The notes: generated by a model not told the origin, from the letters alone. 64,000 bases of DNA from an uncultured delta proteobacterium (GCA_963713045.1 CAVQKE010000004.1:448001-512000), one strand, 5' to 3'; positions 46,925-59,417 are shown, counted from the stretch's first letter. Numbers and translations are program-made.

Positions 46925-48346
46925 ATGCGACCTCTAGATACCCAAAGCCATAGGAAGGACGAGGACTTGGAGCCATCCCCAGACCCCCCCCGAGGGAAAC
47001 GGTTTTTTGTGAAGACCTTTGGCTGCCAAATGAACGTCAGTGACTCGCTTCGCATGGGAGAGTCGCTGGCCAGGGTTGGCTACCGGCCCACGACCCGTGC
47101 CGAGGACGCGGACCTCATCATCCTCAACACCTGCGCCATTCGCGAAAAGGCTGAGGACAAGATGCTGTCCGCGTTAGGCCGATACCGAGCCGTGAAGCTG
47201 CAACGCGGCGCGCTTCTCGGCGTGGGTGGCTGCGTGGCGCAGCAGGAGAAGGCCAAACTCCTGGCGCGGGTTCCCTACCTGGACTTTGTGTTTGGCCCGG
47301 ATGCCATCCCGCGACTCCCGGACATCCTCCGGCGCGTCGAAACAGAGCGCGCCCGAGTCGTCGAAACCGCGTGGATGGAGTCCGAGGACTATGTCTTCCC
47401 GCGCGCTGACGCGACTTCCTCGGCGGGGAAGGTCAGCGAATTCGTCACCGTCATGAAGGGCTGCGACAACGTCTGTAGCTTCTGCGTTGTCCCGCACACA
47501 CGTGGTCGTGAGGTCAGCCGACCGTTCCCCGAGGTCCTCGAGGAGGTTGCTCGGCTCGTTTCGGTCGGGGTGCGAGAAGTCACGTTGATTGGTCAAAACG
47601 TGAATAGCTATCGCGGCGGCATCCGGTTTGCCGAGTTGCTCCTTCGCGTGGCGCACGTACCAGGCATTGTGCGCGTTCGATTCACCACCAGCCATCCGCA
47701 CGACCTCTCGGACGAGCTGGTTGAGGCCTTTCGTGTCGAGCCCCGCATCGCTCCGCACTTCCATCTTCCAGTCCAGAGTGGCAGCGAAACGGTGCTACGG
47801 CACATGCGACGGGACTACACGACGGAGACGTACCTCGCCAAGCTTGCGGCCCTCCGGGTGGCACGGCCCCGGATTGCTGTCACCACAGACATCATTGTTG
47901 GCTTTCCCGGTGAGACGGAGGAAGACTTTCAAGCCACACTCAAACTCACTGAAGCCGTGCGCTTCGAGAACCAGTTTTCTTTCTGTTTCAGCCCTCGACC
48001 ACGAACGGTTGCCGGGCTCAAGGAAGCAGAGTGGGGCGAGGTCCCCCGCGAGACGAAAATAGAACGGCTGGAGCGCCTCCAGCATCTGCAGCGGCGCATC
48101 ACCTCGGAGATTTTGGCCGAGCAGGTGGGCAAGCGAGTCGAAGTCCTGGTGGAGGGCCCGTCCCGAACCGACCCCCTGCGACGGTTCGGCCGCACGCCGG
48201 AGAACCGAGGCCTGAACTTCGCCGGAGACGTCCCAACCGGGTCCCGGGTGCTGGTCGACGTGACCAGCAGCTCGCTCACTTCGCTGGGTGGCGTCCAGGC
48301 GAAAGTGCTCGACTGGCCCTCCGCTCAGGCGACGACTGTCAGCTAG
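46925..48346 (+). CDS. miaB: tRNA-2-methylthio-N6-dimethylallyladenosine synthase
   Basis: TFGCQMN, NTCAIREKAE, GCVAQ, radical SAM motif GCDNVCSFC, RFTTSHP, C-terminal TRAM. Confidence 0.96.
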   Translation: MRPLDTQSHRKDEDLEPSPDPPRGKRFFVKTFGCQMNVSDSLRMGESLARVGYRPTTRAEDADLIILNTCAIREKAEDKMLSALGRYRAVKLQRGALLGVGGCVAQQEKAKLLARVPYLDFVFGPDAIPRLPDILRRVETERARVVETAWMESEDYVFPRADATSSAGKVSEFVTVMKGCDNVCSFCVVPHTRGREVSRPFPEVLEEVARLVSVGVREVTLIGQNVNSYRGGIRFAELLLRVAHVPGIVRVRFTTSHPHDLSDELVEAFRVEPRIAPHFHLPVQSGSETVLRHMRRDYTTETYLAKLAALRVARPRIAVTTDIIVGFPGETEEDFQATLKLTEAVRFENQFSFCFSPRPRTVAGLKEAEWGEVPRETKIERLERLQHLQRRITSEILAEQVGKRVEVLVEGPSRTDPLRRFGRTPENRGLNFAGDVPTGSRVLVDVTSSSLTSLGGVQAKVLDWPSAQATTVS

Positions 48347-48373
48347 GCCAACGGGAAAGTAGCGGAGTCGCGC

Positions 48374-48883
48374 ATGCCAATTCGGAGTTTCCAAGGGGTC
48401 ACCCCGCGCCTGCATCCATCGGTGTTTGTCGCCGAGGGTGCTCAGCTCATCGGCGATGTTGAAGTCGGCGAGGACTCCTCCATCTGGTACAACACCGTGC
48501 TGCGCGGAGATGTGAACAGAATCCGAATCGGGCGCCGGACCAACATCCAGGACCTGACGATGGTGCACGTGCACAAGGACCGTTTCCCCTGCAGCGTTGG
48601 CGACGACGTCACGGTGGGACACCATGCCGTGGTGCACGGCTGCACCGTCGGAAACAGAGTGCTGGTGGGAATTGGCGCTATCCTCTTGGATGGGGCCGTG
48701 GTCGAGGATGATTGCTTTATCTCGGCCGGAACGCTGCTGACCCCGGGCACAGTGGTCCCGTCCGGCTCGATGGTGATGGGCGCCCCTGGAAAAGTGAAGC
48801 GTGCCCTGACTTCGCAGGAGCGACAGGACTTGCTTGCCAGCGCCGCTGGGTATGTGCTGAACGCCCGTGCGCATCGCGGGTGA
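48374..48883 (+). CDS. Gamma carbonic anhydrase family (hexapeptide repeat) protein
   Basis: LRGDVN.I.IG..TNIQD..VH, VTVGH..VHGC. Confidence 0.92.
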   Translation: MPIRSFQGVTPRLHPSVFVAEGAQLIGDVEVGEDSSIWYNTVLRGDVNRIRIGRRTNIQDLTMVHVHKDRFPCSVGDDVTVGHHAVVHGCTVGNRVLVGIGAILLDGAVVEDDCFISAGTLLTPGTVVPSGSMVMGAPGKVKRALTSQERQDLLASAAGYVLNARAHRG

Positions 48884-48932
48884 GTCAGGACCCGGATCCA
48901 AGGCGTGTAGCGGAGTGGTAAGAGGCAGCCCG

Positions 48933-49403
48933 ATGGCGGTTCTCGATGCGCTCAAGGCGTCTGCCCTGCTCAAGGGCTTCACCGACACCGGGCTGCAAAT
49001 CCTCGCCGGCATTGCGTCCGACCGTACCTTCCCTCGCGGGGCGCCGATTTTCGTCGAGAACATGGTGGCGGAGTCGCTCTTCATCATCGGTCAGGGGAAG
49101 GTCTCCATCTCCGTCAAGGGCAACAACGGGGAAGAGATACCGGTTGGGGAACTTGGGCCTGGAGACTCGCTTGGCGAGCTGGCGCTGCTCCAACAGGGAC
49201 AGCGGATGTGCAGCGCAGTCGCGCTCACCTTGGTCAGCGCCGTGGAACTGAGAAGCTCGGATTTCCAGCGGCTTCTAGGCCAGAAGCCGCAGGCATGCCT
49301 CAAGCTGTTAATGGCCATCGTTTCGATGTTTTCTGCCCGACTGGCTGACAATCGCGAAGCGCTGCGGACGCTCCTGCCCCGCGGCTCGCTCCCCAGGGTT
49401 TGA
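48933..49403 (+). CDS. Stand-alone cyclic-nucleotide-binding domain protein
   Basis: IF.E.....LFII..G.V and phosphate-binding cassette LGELALL....RMCSA. Confidence 0.85.
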   Translation: MAVLDALKASALLKGFTDTGLQILAGIASDRTFPRGAPIFVENMVAESLFIIGQGKVSISVKGNNGEEIPVGELGPGDSLGELALLQQGQRMCSAVALTLVSAVELRSSDFQRLLGQKPQACLKLLMAIVSMFSARLADNREALRTLLPRGSLPRV

Positions 49404-49456
49404 CGGGGGCGTGTTAGGGTCGCGGCGCCCCTGGCGTGCGAGCCACTGGGTCTCGG

Positions 49457-50176
49457 GTGGAAAACCTCCTCAAAGCGCTCCTCATCGGCAGCCAGGGCTT
49501 AGCCGCTTACGGGACCATTTTCGGCATCTTGGTGGCCTGCGGGGTTGGGATTCCGTTTCCGGAGGACGTCTCGCTCATCCTCGGCGGCTATCTGGTCTTC
49601 CGCGGGGCAGCCAACCTTCCGCTCATGGTGGCCACCGGCTTCCTCGGCATCCTCGCCGGTGACTCGCTCATCTACGGTGCTGGCCGGCGTCTCGGTAACC
49701 GAGCTCGTACCGCCCACGGACGGCTCCTCCGTCGACTCCTAACGCCACAACGACAGGCCAAGGTGGAGGCTCTCTTTGCCCGCCACGGCGAGAAAATCGT
49801 CATGGCCGCTCGGTTCATGCCAGGGGTGCGGGCAGTCACGTTCTTCACCGCCGGTTCTGCGGGAATGCCGTACACCCGCTTCATCTGCTTCGACGGCCTC
49901 GCCGCCTTGGCCTCCGCACCGGCATTCGTCTTCCTTGGCTTCCGCTTCGGCCGCCAGTTGCAGCGCGTCATCGAGCTGCTCAAGCGCTTTCAAATCGCGA
50001 CAGCCATCGTCATCGTTCTCAGCGTGTGCGCGTGGGTCGGGTGGCGGCACTGGCGGGACAGTCGCCGAAAGCCACCGCTTGGGGCGGAAGCCCACCCAGG
50101 GCCCATCGAAAGGCGGGACGGCGTCGAGCGGCGGGCCGTCTCACATGAGCGTCCGACGAAAGAGAAAACCCTTTAA
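49457..50176 (+). CDS. DedA family membrane protein
   Basis: GIPFPED..L..GG, GD...Y..GR, ARFMPGVR. Confidence 0.9.
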   Translation: MENLLKALLIGSQGLAAYGTIFGILVACGVGIPFPEDVSLILGGYLVFRGAANLPLMVATGFLGILAGDSLIYGAGRRLGNRARTAHGRLLRRLLTPQRQAKVEALFARHGEKIVMAARFMPGVRAVTFFTAGSAGMPYTRFICFDGLAALASAPAFVFLGFRFGRQLQRVIELLKRFQIATAIVIVLSVCAWVGWRHWRDSRRKPPLGAEAHPGPIERRDGVERRAVSHERPTKEKTL

Positions 50177-50253
50177 ATTCTGGATGTTTAGACGACATTG
50201 GGTGTTCAGCCGGAACCTCCTCGGCTCGCTTTTGGCGGAGTGGGCGCGTATAG

Positions 50254-51720
<1,467 letters not shown>

Positions 51721-51892
51721 GCGCGAGACACCCGAGCGCCTCACGGCGAGCCATCACCGGCTCCTCGCGGTCCCTTGCGCGAAGCTCCTGATAAGCCCGG
51801 CGCGGCTGGCTGGTCCAGCCTCTGCTGAGGCAAGAGGCGGTGCCAATCTCCCCCCGCGCGGCAAGTCAGACCCGTCGTATTAAGAGAGGGAG

Positions 51893-53584
51893 ATGAAAAG
51901 GCGAGAACCGACGACCGTGCTGGGAAAGGGCGGAGAGGCCAAAGCCCCCAACCTGGCCGCCGGCACCCCTGTGGGTGCTGAGGCCAGCCGGCCCAACGAC
52001 AACCCTTCGCCGGCGAAAGGTTGGAGCTCCGGACACCTCCACGATGAAAAGGTCCTCATCTTGGATTTCGGGAGCCAATACACGCAGCTCATCGCCCGTC
52101 GCGTTCGAGAGTTGGGCGTCTACTGTGAAATTCACCGCCCCGACCTGCCCCTGGCCCAAATCCGCTCGTTCGCTCCGCGGGGAATTATTCTGTCCGGCGG
52201 ACCGATGTCCGTGGAAGCGACGGGCAGTCCAATTTGCGACCCGAGCCTGTTCGACCTCGGAGTCCCGGTGTTGGGCATCTGCTACGGGCTTCAACTGATG
52301 GCGAAGCTGCTCGGCGGCAAGGTGGACGCTGCTGCACATCGTGAGTTCGGTCCTGCCCAAGTCGAAGTGCTCGCTGCGCGCGGTCCTTTGACACCCTTCA
52401 CCACGGGCGAAAAGCTGAATGTGTGGATGAGCCACGGAGACCGGGTGGAAGCGCTGCCTCCGGGCTTTCAGGCCATCGCCCGGACGCCGAGCGCGCCCTT
52501 TGCAGCCGCAGCACACTCGGAACGCGCATTGTACGGCATTCAATTTCATCCGGAGGTGGTTCACACGCCGCGCGGCAAGGAAATGCTCCGCGCCTTTCTC
52601 TTCGATGAATGCAAGCTGTCCGGTAGCTGGACGATGAAGGGGTTCGCTCAAGAGGCGGTCGACATCATCCGGGAGCAGGTTGGGCCAACCGGGAGAGTCA
52701 TCTGTGGCTTGTCCGGCGGAGTGGACAGCTCAGTTGCCGCCCTTCTCATCCACCGGGCCATTGGCGACCGGCTGACATGCATCTTCGTCGACAATGGGCT
52801 CCTCCGGGCGGGCGAGCGCGAGCAAGTGGAAGCCCTTTTTCAGGGCGCCTTGCATGTTCCGCTGCGCACGGTCGACGCACGAACTCGGTTTCTCGACGCG
52901 CTAGCTGGCGTCACTGACCCGGAGAAGAAGCGGAAAATCATCGGCCGGGAATTCATCACCGTCTTCGAAGCGGCAGCACACGACATACGAGGCGCCGAGT
53001 TTCTCGCCCAAGGCACGCTTTACCCGGACGTCATCGAATCGGTATCGACCAAAGGCCCCTCGGCAACCATCAAGAGTCACCACAACGTGGGCGGCCTGCC
53101 AGCGGTCATGAAGCTGAAGCTGGTTGAGCCCTTGCGCGAGCTCTTCAAGGACGAGGTGCGCGAGCTTGGCCGTGAGCTCGGCCTCAGCGAGCCTCTGGTT
53201 CGCCGACACCCCTTTCCGGGGCCAGGGCTCGCGGTGCGGGTGCTTGGTCCCGTCACCGAAGAACGTCTGGAGCTGGTTCGCCGAGCCGATTCCATCGTCC
53301 AAGAGGAAGTTCGCGGTGCCGGCCTCTATGACAGTGTCTGGCAGGCCTTCGCCGTCCTTCTGCCGATTCAAAGTGTGGGGGTAATGGGGGATGAGAGAAC
53401 TTATGAATCCACTTGCGTCATTCGCGCCGTCAATTCGGTCGACGGGATGACGGCGGACTGGGCGCGGCTACCTCACGACCTTCTTGCACGAATGTCGTCG
53501 CGTATCACCAATGAGGTTCGGGGCATCAATCGCGTTGTCTACGACATTTCGAGCAAGCCGCCAGCGACCATCGAGTGGGAGTGA
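51893..53584 (+). CDS. guaA: GMP synthase (glutamine-hydrolysing)
   Basis: [45 protein letters not shown]. Start is uncertain because of an N-terminal extension. Confidence 0.97.
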   Translation: MKRREPTTVLGKGGEAKAPNLAAGTPVGAEASRPNDNPSPAKGWSSGHLHDEKVLILDFGSQYTQLIARRVRELGVYCEIHRPDLPLAQIRSFAPRGIILSGGPMSVEATGSPICDPSLFDLGVPVLGICYGLQLMAKLLGGKVDAAAHREFGPAQVEVLAARGPLTPFTTGEKLNVWMSHGDRVEALPPGFQAIARTPSAPFAAAAHSERALYGIQFHPEVVHTPRGKEMLRAFLFDECKLSGSWTMKGFAQEAVDIIREQVGPTGRVICGLSGGVDSSVAALLIHRAIGDRLTCIFVDNGLLRAGEREQVEALFQGALHVPLRTVDARTRFLDALAGVTDPEKKRKIIGREFITVFEAAAHDIRGAEFLAQGTLYPDVIESVSTKGPSATIKSHHNVGGLPAVMKLKLVEPLRELFKDEVRELGRELGLSEPLVRRHPFPGPGLAVRVLGPVTEERLELVRRADSIVQEEVRGAGLYDSVWQAFAVLLPIQSVGVMGDERTYESTCVIRAVNSVDGMTADWARLPHDLLARMSSRITNEVRGINRVVYDISSKPPATIEWE

Positions 53585-53626
53585 ACCGCGAGCCCCAGCT
53601 GCCGGGACCTGCGTCTTGGAGTGGCT

Positions 53627-55135
53627 TTAGATGAAGTGCCTCTGTTTGGGGAAAATCTTCCAGAGCGGCTCATAGCTGCCACGACAAACGACGATGCTCA
53701 AGTTGCTCTCGTAAGGCATCGCGTATTCATTGTGGTGCGTGCCGCCAAGCCTGGCGTCCGCACAGAACTTGCTGTCCTCCTCAACAGTCGCATTCATGTC
53801 AATCATCACGTCGGCGTCGAGGTTCGATCCGGGGCCCCAGGTGAAATAGGCGTTGTGACCACTAATGGCTGGTGGCAAGCCCAGTGCCGGGCCAAAGAAG
53901 TTGATGGCCGAAGCTTCGCCATAGTTGTCCACGAGAATGTAGGCCCGACCACGCTCTTCGTTTGAAAGCGTGCCGTACACCTTAGCCATGCTCGCGGCGA
54001 GCTCCGGCCAGCCGAACATGTCAGCCCAGTACTGCGGTAGCTTATTGAGCTTCTGGTTCTCGCCGGCGGTGGGTCTGATGTGGAGTGCATCCTCGTATCG
54101 GATGAATGTTTCAATCGGCAGGACAGGCAACGCCATCGGAAGCAGCACCAGCCCGGTGACCACCGCCACGCCCGCCACCGCGCCTCTCAGAATTGGCGCC
54201 CCTCGCATCCACGACGCCAACTGCACTGCCCCGGCGGCAAACAGCACCGGATAGATGGGCATCAGGTAATAGTCCTTGGCGTGAAGCACGAAGAAGACGC
54301 AGTACAGGACCAGGTAGCAGATGCCGATCCATCGGAGCTCAGCGCGGCGCCAGACCGTCCAGAGTCCCACCAGCCAGACCGGTGCGTACAAGGGGTTGAG
54401 CATCTTGAGTTGCGCGAGCGCGAACGCTCCTGGGCCAAGCACCACATTCTTTCCGTGCGAGCCATTGCGCAGTAACTCGAGGAAAGGAAGGCCGTGGGCG
54501 AACTGCCAGACGACGCTCGGGATGCCCAGGACGACGCCCATCACAACCGCCACCTGGAAGGAACGCGTTCGAAGGACGCGGCGCGTCGGGGTGAGCGCGA
54601 TTCCCGTCAAGACGGCCAACGCGAAGAAGGCAATGCTGTACTTCGACAGCGCCCCCACCCCAAGCGCAACCCCTAGCCAGAGGCTTAGCCAGAGGCTAGT
54701 GCGGACGTCCTCCCCTCGCGTTGCAAGGCGCCAGATGAACAAAGTCGACGCAGTCCAGACCAACGGTTGAAACACATCGGTGGTCAGCAGGACTCCCTGC
54801 AGAAGCAGGGTGGGAGCCAGTGTGACACAGAGGGCGGTCAGGGCCTGGGCAAAGCGGTCACCGCCGAATTCCTGAGCGAGGACTGCACTGAGGTACGTCA
54901 CTCCCGCCGCGCAAAGCGCAGGAACCAGCCGGAGTGCAAAGAGCGACGTTCCGAACAGCTGCGATGCGGCTGCGACCCACGGGACCAGCGGAGGTTGGTC
55001 GACGTAACCTAGGGCCGGGTGTCGCCCGCAGATGATGAAGTAAAGCTCATCGCGGAAGAATCCATAGTGAGCATTCCCCGCCAAGTGCAGGACCAATGCG
55101 GCGAGCGCTCCCCACAAGGGCACGCTTCGCTTCAT
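53627..55135 (-). CDS. GT-C fold glycosyltransferase (family 39/PMT_2, ArnT-like)
   Basis: FRDELY, GYVDQPP, multiple TM helices, KY motif, periplasmic C-terminal domain. GGAGG SD. Confidence 0.85.
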   Translation of the reverse strand: MKRSVPLWGALAALVLHLAGNAHYGFFRDELYFIICGRHPALGYVDQPPLVPWVAAASQLFGTSLFALRLVPALCAAGVTYLSAVLAQEFGGDRFAQALTALCVTLAPTLLLQGVLLTTDVFQPLVWTASTLFIWRLATRGEDVRTSLWLSLWLGVALGVGALSKYSIAFFALAVLTGIALTPTRRVLRTRSFQVAVVMGVVLGIPSVVWQFAHGLPFLELLRNGSHGKNVVLGPGAFALAQLKMLNPLYAPVWLVGLWTVWRRAELRWIGICYLVLYCVFFVLHAKDYYLMPIYPVLFAAGAVQLASWMRGAPILRGAVAGVAVVTGLVLLPMALPVLPIETFIRYEDALHIRPTAGENQKLNKLPQYWADMFGWPELAASMAKVYGTLSNEERGRAYILVDNYGEASAINFFGPALGLPPAISGHNAYFTWGPGSNLDADVMIDMNATVEEDSKFCADARLGGTHHNEYAMPYESNLSIVVCRGSYEPLWKIFPKQRHFI

Positions 55136-55313
55136 GCCTTCGCCTCCCTAGCAGCGCGACCGGCGAGTCAGCCGCCTCGGAGCTTAAGGCGCTCCATCGG
55201 GCGACATAGAAAGCCTGAGGTGGCGACTCTGCGTCAAGCAGAAGCCACGCCAGCGGCGCATCCGAGTCCCGGGCCGGCGCCGGGGGGCCTGAAAGCACAG
55301 ACCGAGGGTCCCC

Positions 55314-56968
55314 TCACGGGCCTGGGCCAGTGTCGGTGCAGCCGGAGGTTTGGCAGTAGGACGAAACGGCACCTCCCGGACCGCCATCGGGCAGCAACAC
55401 CGGCGCCGGCGTACCGAAGGAGTTGCCGCTTCCCGTGTAGCTCGAATAGGACGAAGATTGGATGTCAAACAGCGTTATTCCGTACGAAGGATAGTTTTCA
55501 ATTCGGCAGTTGGCGATGGTGGGCCCCGGGACCGTACTTGCGTAGCCCAAGTCGTTAGCGACTGTGATGGCACCCGTTCCATAGCCAGGAGGTCCGTTGG
55601 GGATGCTGTTGTTGGCATATTCAACCACTGCGTACGTGAGCGAAGAGGGGGTTTGGCCTATGGTGGGTTGCCCCCCTACGGAAAAATTGATCCCTCCCCA
55701 CGCTCCTCCGTCTGTGCTCGTAAATACGAGCGGGCTGCCATTCGTTCCATTCGCGACCAGAAAGCCGAGCCCCAGCGCAGCTGGGTCGACGTCCAACTCG
55801 GTGTTTGGAATGAACTCGAACGTATTCGGCGCAGAAATGGTGAGCGTGGCAGCGTTGCCGTTTTGAGGTCCTCCGAGTTCCAGGGTTGCGAGGCTGAGAA
55901 TTGGCACTGGAAGGCTTGGCCACGTCTGTGTTGTGAGGATGTCACAGTACCCGGGGTTGACGTACGAGTTGAACGCTACGACCGCGTTTGGACTCGGGGG
56001 CGTCGAGGGTGCCGAGATGGACGTCGGGAGGGTCGAAGCCTGATTTGCCTCAATGACGAACGGGTAGTGCCCGGTCATTTCCCAAGAGCTGACAGTGATG
56101 CTGCCTGAGCCCATCGCGAAGCCGGTGTCGACTCCGGCGAAGACGATGCCGTGACCGGCCGAGTTCTGAATGGATAGGTTGCTTAGTACGGGGGATGGTG
56201 ACGTAAGCGCACTCACCACGTCTCCGCCTTCGACAGTAAGGGCCGCAGTGTCCGAGAGCCCGTTTGCGCCCGGTCCTCCGGCGAAGTTGATGGTCGCGAA
56301 CGTGATGACGCTACCTGCGTCGACCGCCGCGCTGCTCTGGGGTCCAATCACAATCCCCCCCAGTCGCCGGCAACGGGCGACGTGGTTGCTGACGTGAAGA
56401 TGATTCCCGAAGAGCTCGTCCCTTGAGCCACCAGTGAACCGGGTTCTGTGAGACCCACGATTAAAGCCGTTCCATTGGCGAACTCGACCGTGGTTCCCGG
56501 ACCGATGGTGAGAACGGGATTGGCGGCTCCTCCGACGACCGCCGTCACCGGAACCGACCACACGCAACCGGCATCTAGAGTGAGGCTCGAAGTCACCGCC
56601 GCAGGAATGGTGCAACCCGGCGCGACAAACGTGAATCCGTTGACGAGTTCTCCTGTAGTTCCATCCGGATTGGTAACTGTCACGTTGACGAGACCCGGCT
56701 CGCCGGGGGGCGTACTGGCAGAAAGGCTCGTCGCAGTGTTGAAGCCGACAAACGTTGCCTGCGCCGTGCCGAATTTAACGGTTGCACCGCTTTCAAAGTT
56801 CGTCCCCGAAATGACAACCGCAGTGCCACCCAACGTAGACCCCGAACTCGGACTAGCGCTCGTCACGGTGACGGCGGTCGAGCCGCCCGAACTCCCGCCA
56901 GAGCTACATGCCGAAAGCGCGATTGCCCCGAGGGTTGCTATCGCCAATCGAATGGCACCACGTCTCAT
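55314..56968 (-). pseudogene. IPT/TIG-domain, beta-helix-like lipoprotein split by a 1-nt frameshift in a G7 run
   Basis: Lipobox ALSA-C and IPT motif SP.SG...GGT.V.I.G.NF...V.VTNPDG. ORF1 ends DWGGL* and ORF2 continues GGIVIG. One more G gives DWGGIVIG, matching the later AWGGINF. Confidence 0.75.
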
Positions 56969-57266
56969 GGACTCTCCCAACATTGGTCTGTTACCGAACG
57001 CTACCAAAGGGCGTGGCTGTCGTCCGTCTGCGGTTGGGCCGCCGACTGAGCAAAGCCACGCCTGCATCTTCCTGCCCATGCCGCGCTATTGGCCCTCCGC
57101 CCGTCCAGCAACGGTCAAGAGTTCCACCGTGCTTCTCAGCACTCGCGTCCGTCATGCGCCTCCGTCCGCCACGTGCGCGAAGCTACTCAGCCGTAAGGAA
57201 AGGTGGCATTTCGGAGACGGTCGAGGGACGGAAAGTCCCGGGCGAATTCAAGCCGAGTTGGGACCT

Positions 57267-59417
57267 CTAACGGCCGCTTCCAACCGGAGCGGGCACGTTT
57301 GCGGGAGCGATCTCGTCCAAGAGGGGCTTCGCTCCGTAGATGCGGTCCAGCGCATGCAGCAGGGCGCTCGAATGAACGCTGACCGCACGATTGCTGGCGC
57401 CGTTGAAGAAATAATCCCCTCCGAGGGAGGCACTATTGCCGTCGAACACCAGCCCAACGACCTCCGCTTTCTGATTGAGGAGAGGCGAGCCGGAGTTTCC
57501 ACCAATGATGTCGTTGTCCGAAACTTGGTTGAGGGGCGTCTCAAGGTCCAGCCGAGAACGGGCCGCCAACCAGGAATTGGGAAGCTCGAACGGGACCAGG
57601 CCTGTGGCGTGCTCAAAGGCGCCGGCAAAGTTGGTGAACGCCGGGACCGTCCGCGAGCCACCGCTGCCGTCGGGCTCCGTCCAACCCTTCATGGTTCCGT
57701 AAGAAAGGCGCGGGCTAAAGGTCGCATCAGGATAAGTGCTGATGCCGCTGAGAGCGAAGTGGGCACGGGCGAGCTTTGCAGATTCCCGGGTCACAACGGC
57801 TTCGACCTCTTGCTCATAGCGCTGTCGAACTGCGCGGGCCTCAGGCTCAACCAGACGCGCCAGTACGACCATTGGGTCAGTGCTGGCTGCAAGAGCGGCC
57901 GCCCCTCCAGCCTTCAGAGCAACACGGACATTCTGGTCACTCAGCTTCGTTCCCTTGATTACCTCTGTCGCAAGGTCCCGCGGAGACTTGTTTCCAAGCA
58001 CCTTCTTAACCAACGGGTCCTCTGAGCCAAGCAGTTCGCGTAGCTTGCTCAGCGAGAAGGTAAGTAGCTCAATTTCGAGCTCTGAATGAATTGGAGCCGT
58101 GCTTGCCAACCGAGCCTCGATGGCCGGCAACTGCGCATCGGTGTACTCTCTCAGGCGCTCCCCGTTGGGCTTCGACGTCTCCTCAGCGAGACGAACCAGT
58201 TGTCGCGCGATGTTAAACAGCACACCACTAAAGCCCGCTCCGTCAAGCAGGAGATTGCGAACGTAGAAGGTGCGGTACTTCGCCAGGGCGTTAGCAATGG
58301 CCTCGAAGGAACCAACGCTCCGCACATAGAACGCGCGTTTTGCCGCTGCAGCAGCGTCGACGGAATTCGGCGCGTCTTCCTCCTTGGTGGCTGCGGCAAT
58401 CTTGGTGCGAAAGTCCGCCTCAGCCGCACGCTTGGCAGCCATGAAAGCGGGGTCCATCAAACTTGCTTGGCGCCCGTTCCAAGCTTTGAGGTTGTTCTCC
58501 AGGCCAAAGAGTTCTGACTGCCTAACTCGCTTCTGCTCGGGACCGCCCTTTGTGCCGAACTCCTTGAGAAGCGCCCGTAGTTCAGAGAAATACTGCTGCT
58601 GCACTGGTTCCGAAACGTCTCGGATGAACTCGAGTTGGGAGACCGTAAAAAGGCGCGACGTACTCCCCGGATCGCCGGCAACAAACACAAGCTCCCCCTC
58701 CTTAGCGCCCGCTACACTCCACCGCAGCCAATGGTCGAGCTTCGCTGGCCTCCCTTCGTCGTAAACGCGCAGGAAGGAGACATCTAGGTCATAGCGGGGG
58801 AACTCGAAATTGTCAGAGTCCCCTCCGAAAAAGGCGATACTGAATTCGGGGACAAAGACCAGACGGACGTCCTGAAAGCGACGGTAGCGGTAGAGCAGGT
58901 ATTTGCCACCGTCATAAAAGGTCACAACATCACAGTGCAGTTGCCTGCTGTTGGCGCAGCGCTTTTCGGCGTCGCTCATCGCTTGCTGCTCCGCCCTGGC
59001 GAAATCGCGGCCGCTCTTACCAGCTGTCGCAGTCTGAATGCTGTCGGTGATGTCGGTCATCTCCAGCAATTGCTGCACTTCCATCGCCGGACACTGCCGT
59101 TCCTCGGTAGGCGCGCGGGCGTAAAACCCATTCGCGAGGAGGTTTTTGCCCGGCGTCGAGAGTTCCTCAAGACAACCAAGCACGCAGTGGTGAGCGGTCA
59201 TCACCAGGCCGTTGGGGGAGACAAAGCTTGCCGAACACCCGCCCGCGATCCGGACGGTGGACAGCCGCACGTTGTCCAACCATGCCGCCTCGGGTCCAAA
59301 GCCGTAGCGCTGTCTGACTGTGCTGCTCGGAAACATGTCGAACGTCCACATGCCCTCGTCCGCTTGGGCGGACGTTGCGAAGAGCAACAGAGCGGCGGTT
59401 GAAATCAGGATGCGCAT
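57267..59417 (-). CDS. S46 family dipeptidyl peptidase
   Basis: Signal peptide, ADEGMW, GCSASFVS..GL.MTAHHC, FGGD.DNF.FPR, YPDAT, DIIGGNSGSP. Confidence 0.93.
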   Translation of the reverse strand: MRILISTAALLLFATSAQADEGMWTFDMFPSSTVRQRYGFGPEAAWLDNVRLSTVRIAGGCSASFVSPNGLVMTAHHCVLGCLEELSTPGKNLLANGFYARAPTEERQCPAMEVQQLLEMTDITDSIQTATAGKSGRDFARAEQQAMSDAEKRCANSRQLHCDVVTFYDGGKYLLYRYRRFQDVRLVFVPEFSIAFFGGDSDNFEFPRYDLDVSFLRVYDEGRPAKLDHWLRWSVAGAKEGELVFVAGDPGSTSRLFTVSQLEFIRDVSEPVQQQYFSELRALLKEFGTKGGPEQKRVRQSELFGLENNLKAWNGRQASLMDPAFMAAKRAAEADFRTKIAAATKEEDAPNSVDAAAAAKRAFYVRSVGSFEAIANALAKYRTFYVRNLLLDGAGFSGVLFNIARQLVRLAEETSKPNGERLREYTDAQLPAIEARLASTAPIHSELEIELLTFSLSKLRELLGSEDPLVKKVLGNKSPRDLATEVIKGTKLSDQNVRVALKAGGAAALAASTDPMVVLARLVEPEARAVRQRYEQEVEAVVTRESAKLARAHFALSGISTYPDATFSPRLSYGTMKGWTEPDGSGGSRTVPAFTNFAGAFEHATGLVPFELPNSWLAARSRLDLETPLNQVSDNDIIGGNSGSPLLNQKAEVVGLVFDGNSASLGGDYFFNGASNRAVSVHSSALLHALDRIYGAKPLLDEIAPANVPAPVGSGR

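Noticed and set aside
53560..53630. Integrative element at the guaA 3' end
   Set aside because: There is no integrase, and I did not see a duplicated guaA 3' end within the window.
57040..57070. c-di-GMP-I riboswitch (GCAAAGCCACG)
   Set aside because: It is on the wrong strand for the downstream gene and lacks the GAAA tetraloop stem and the rest of the consensus.
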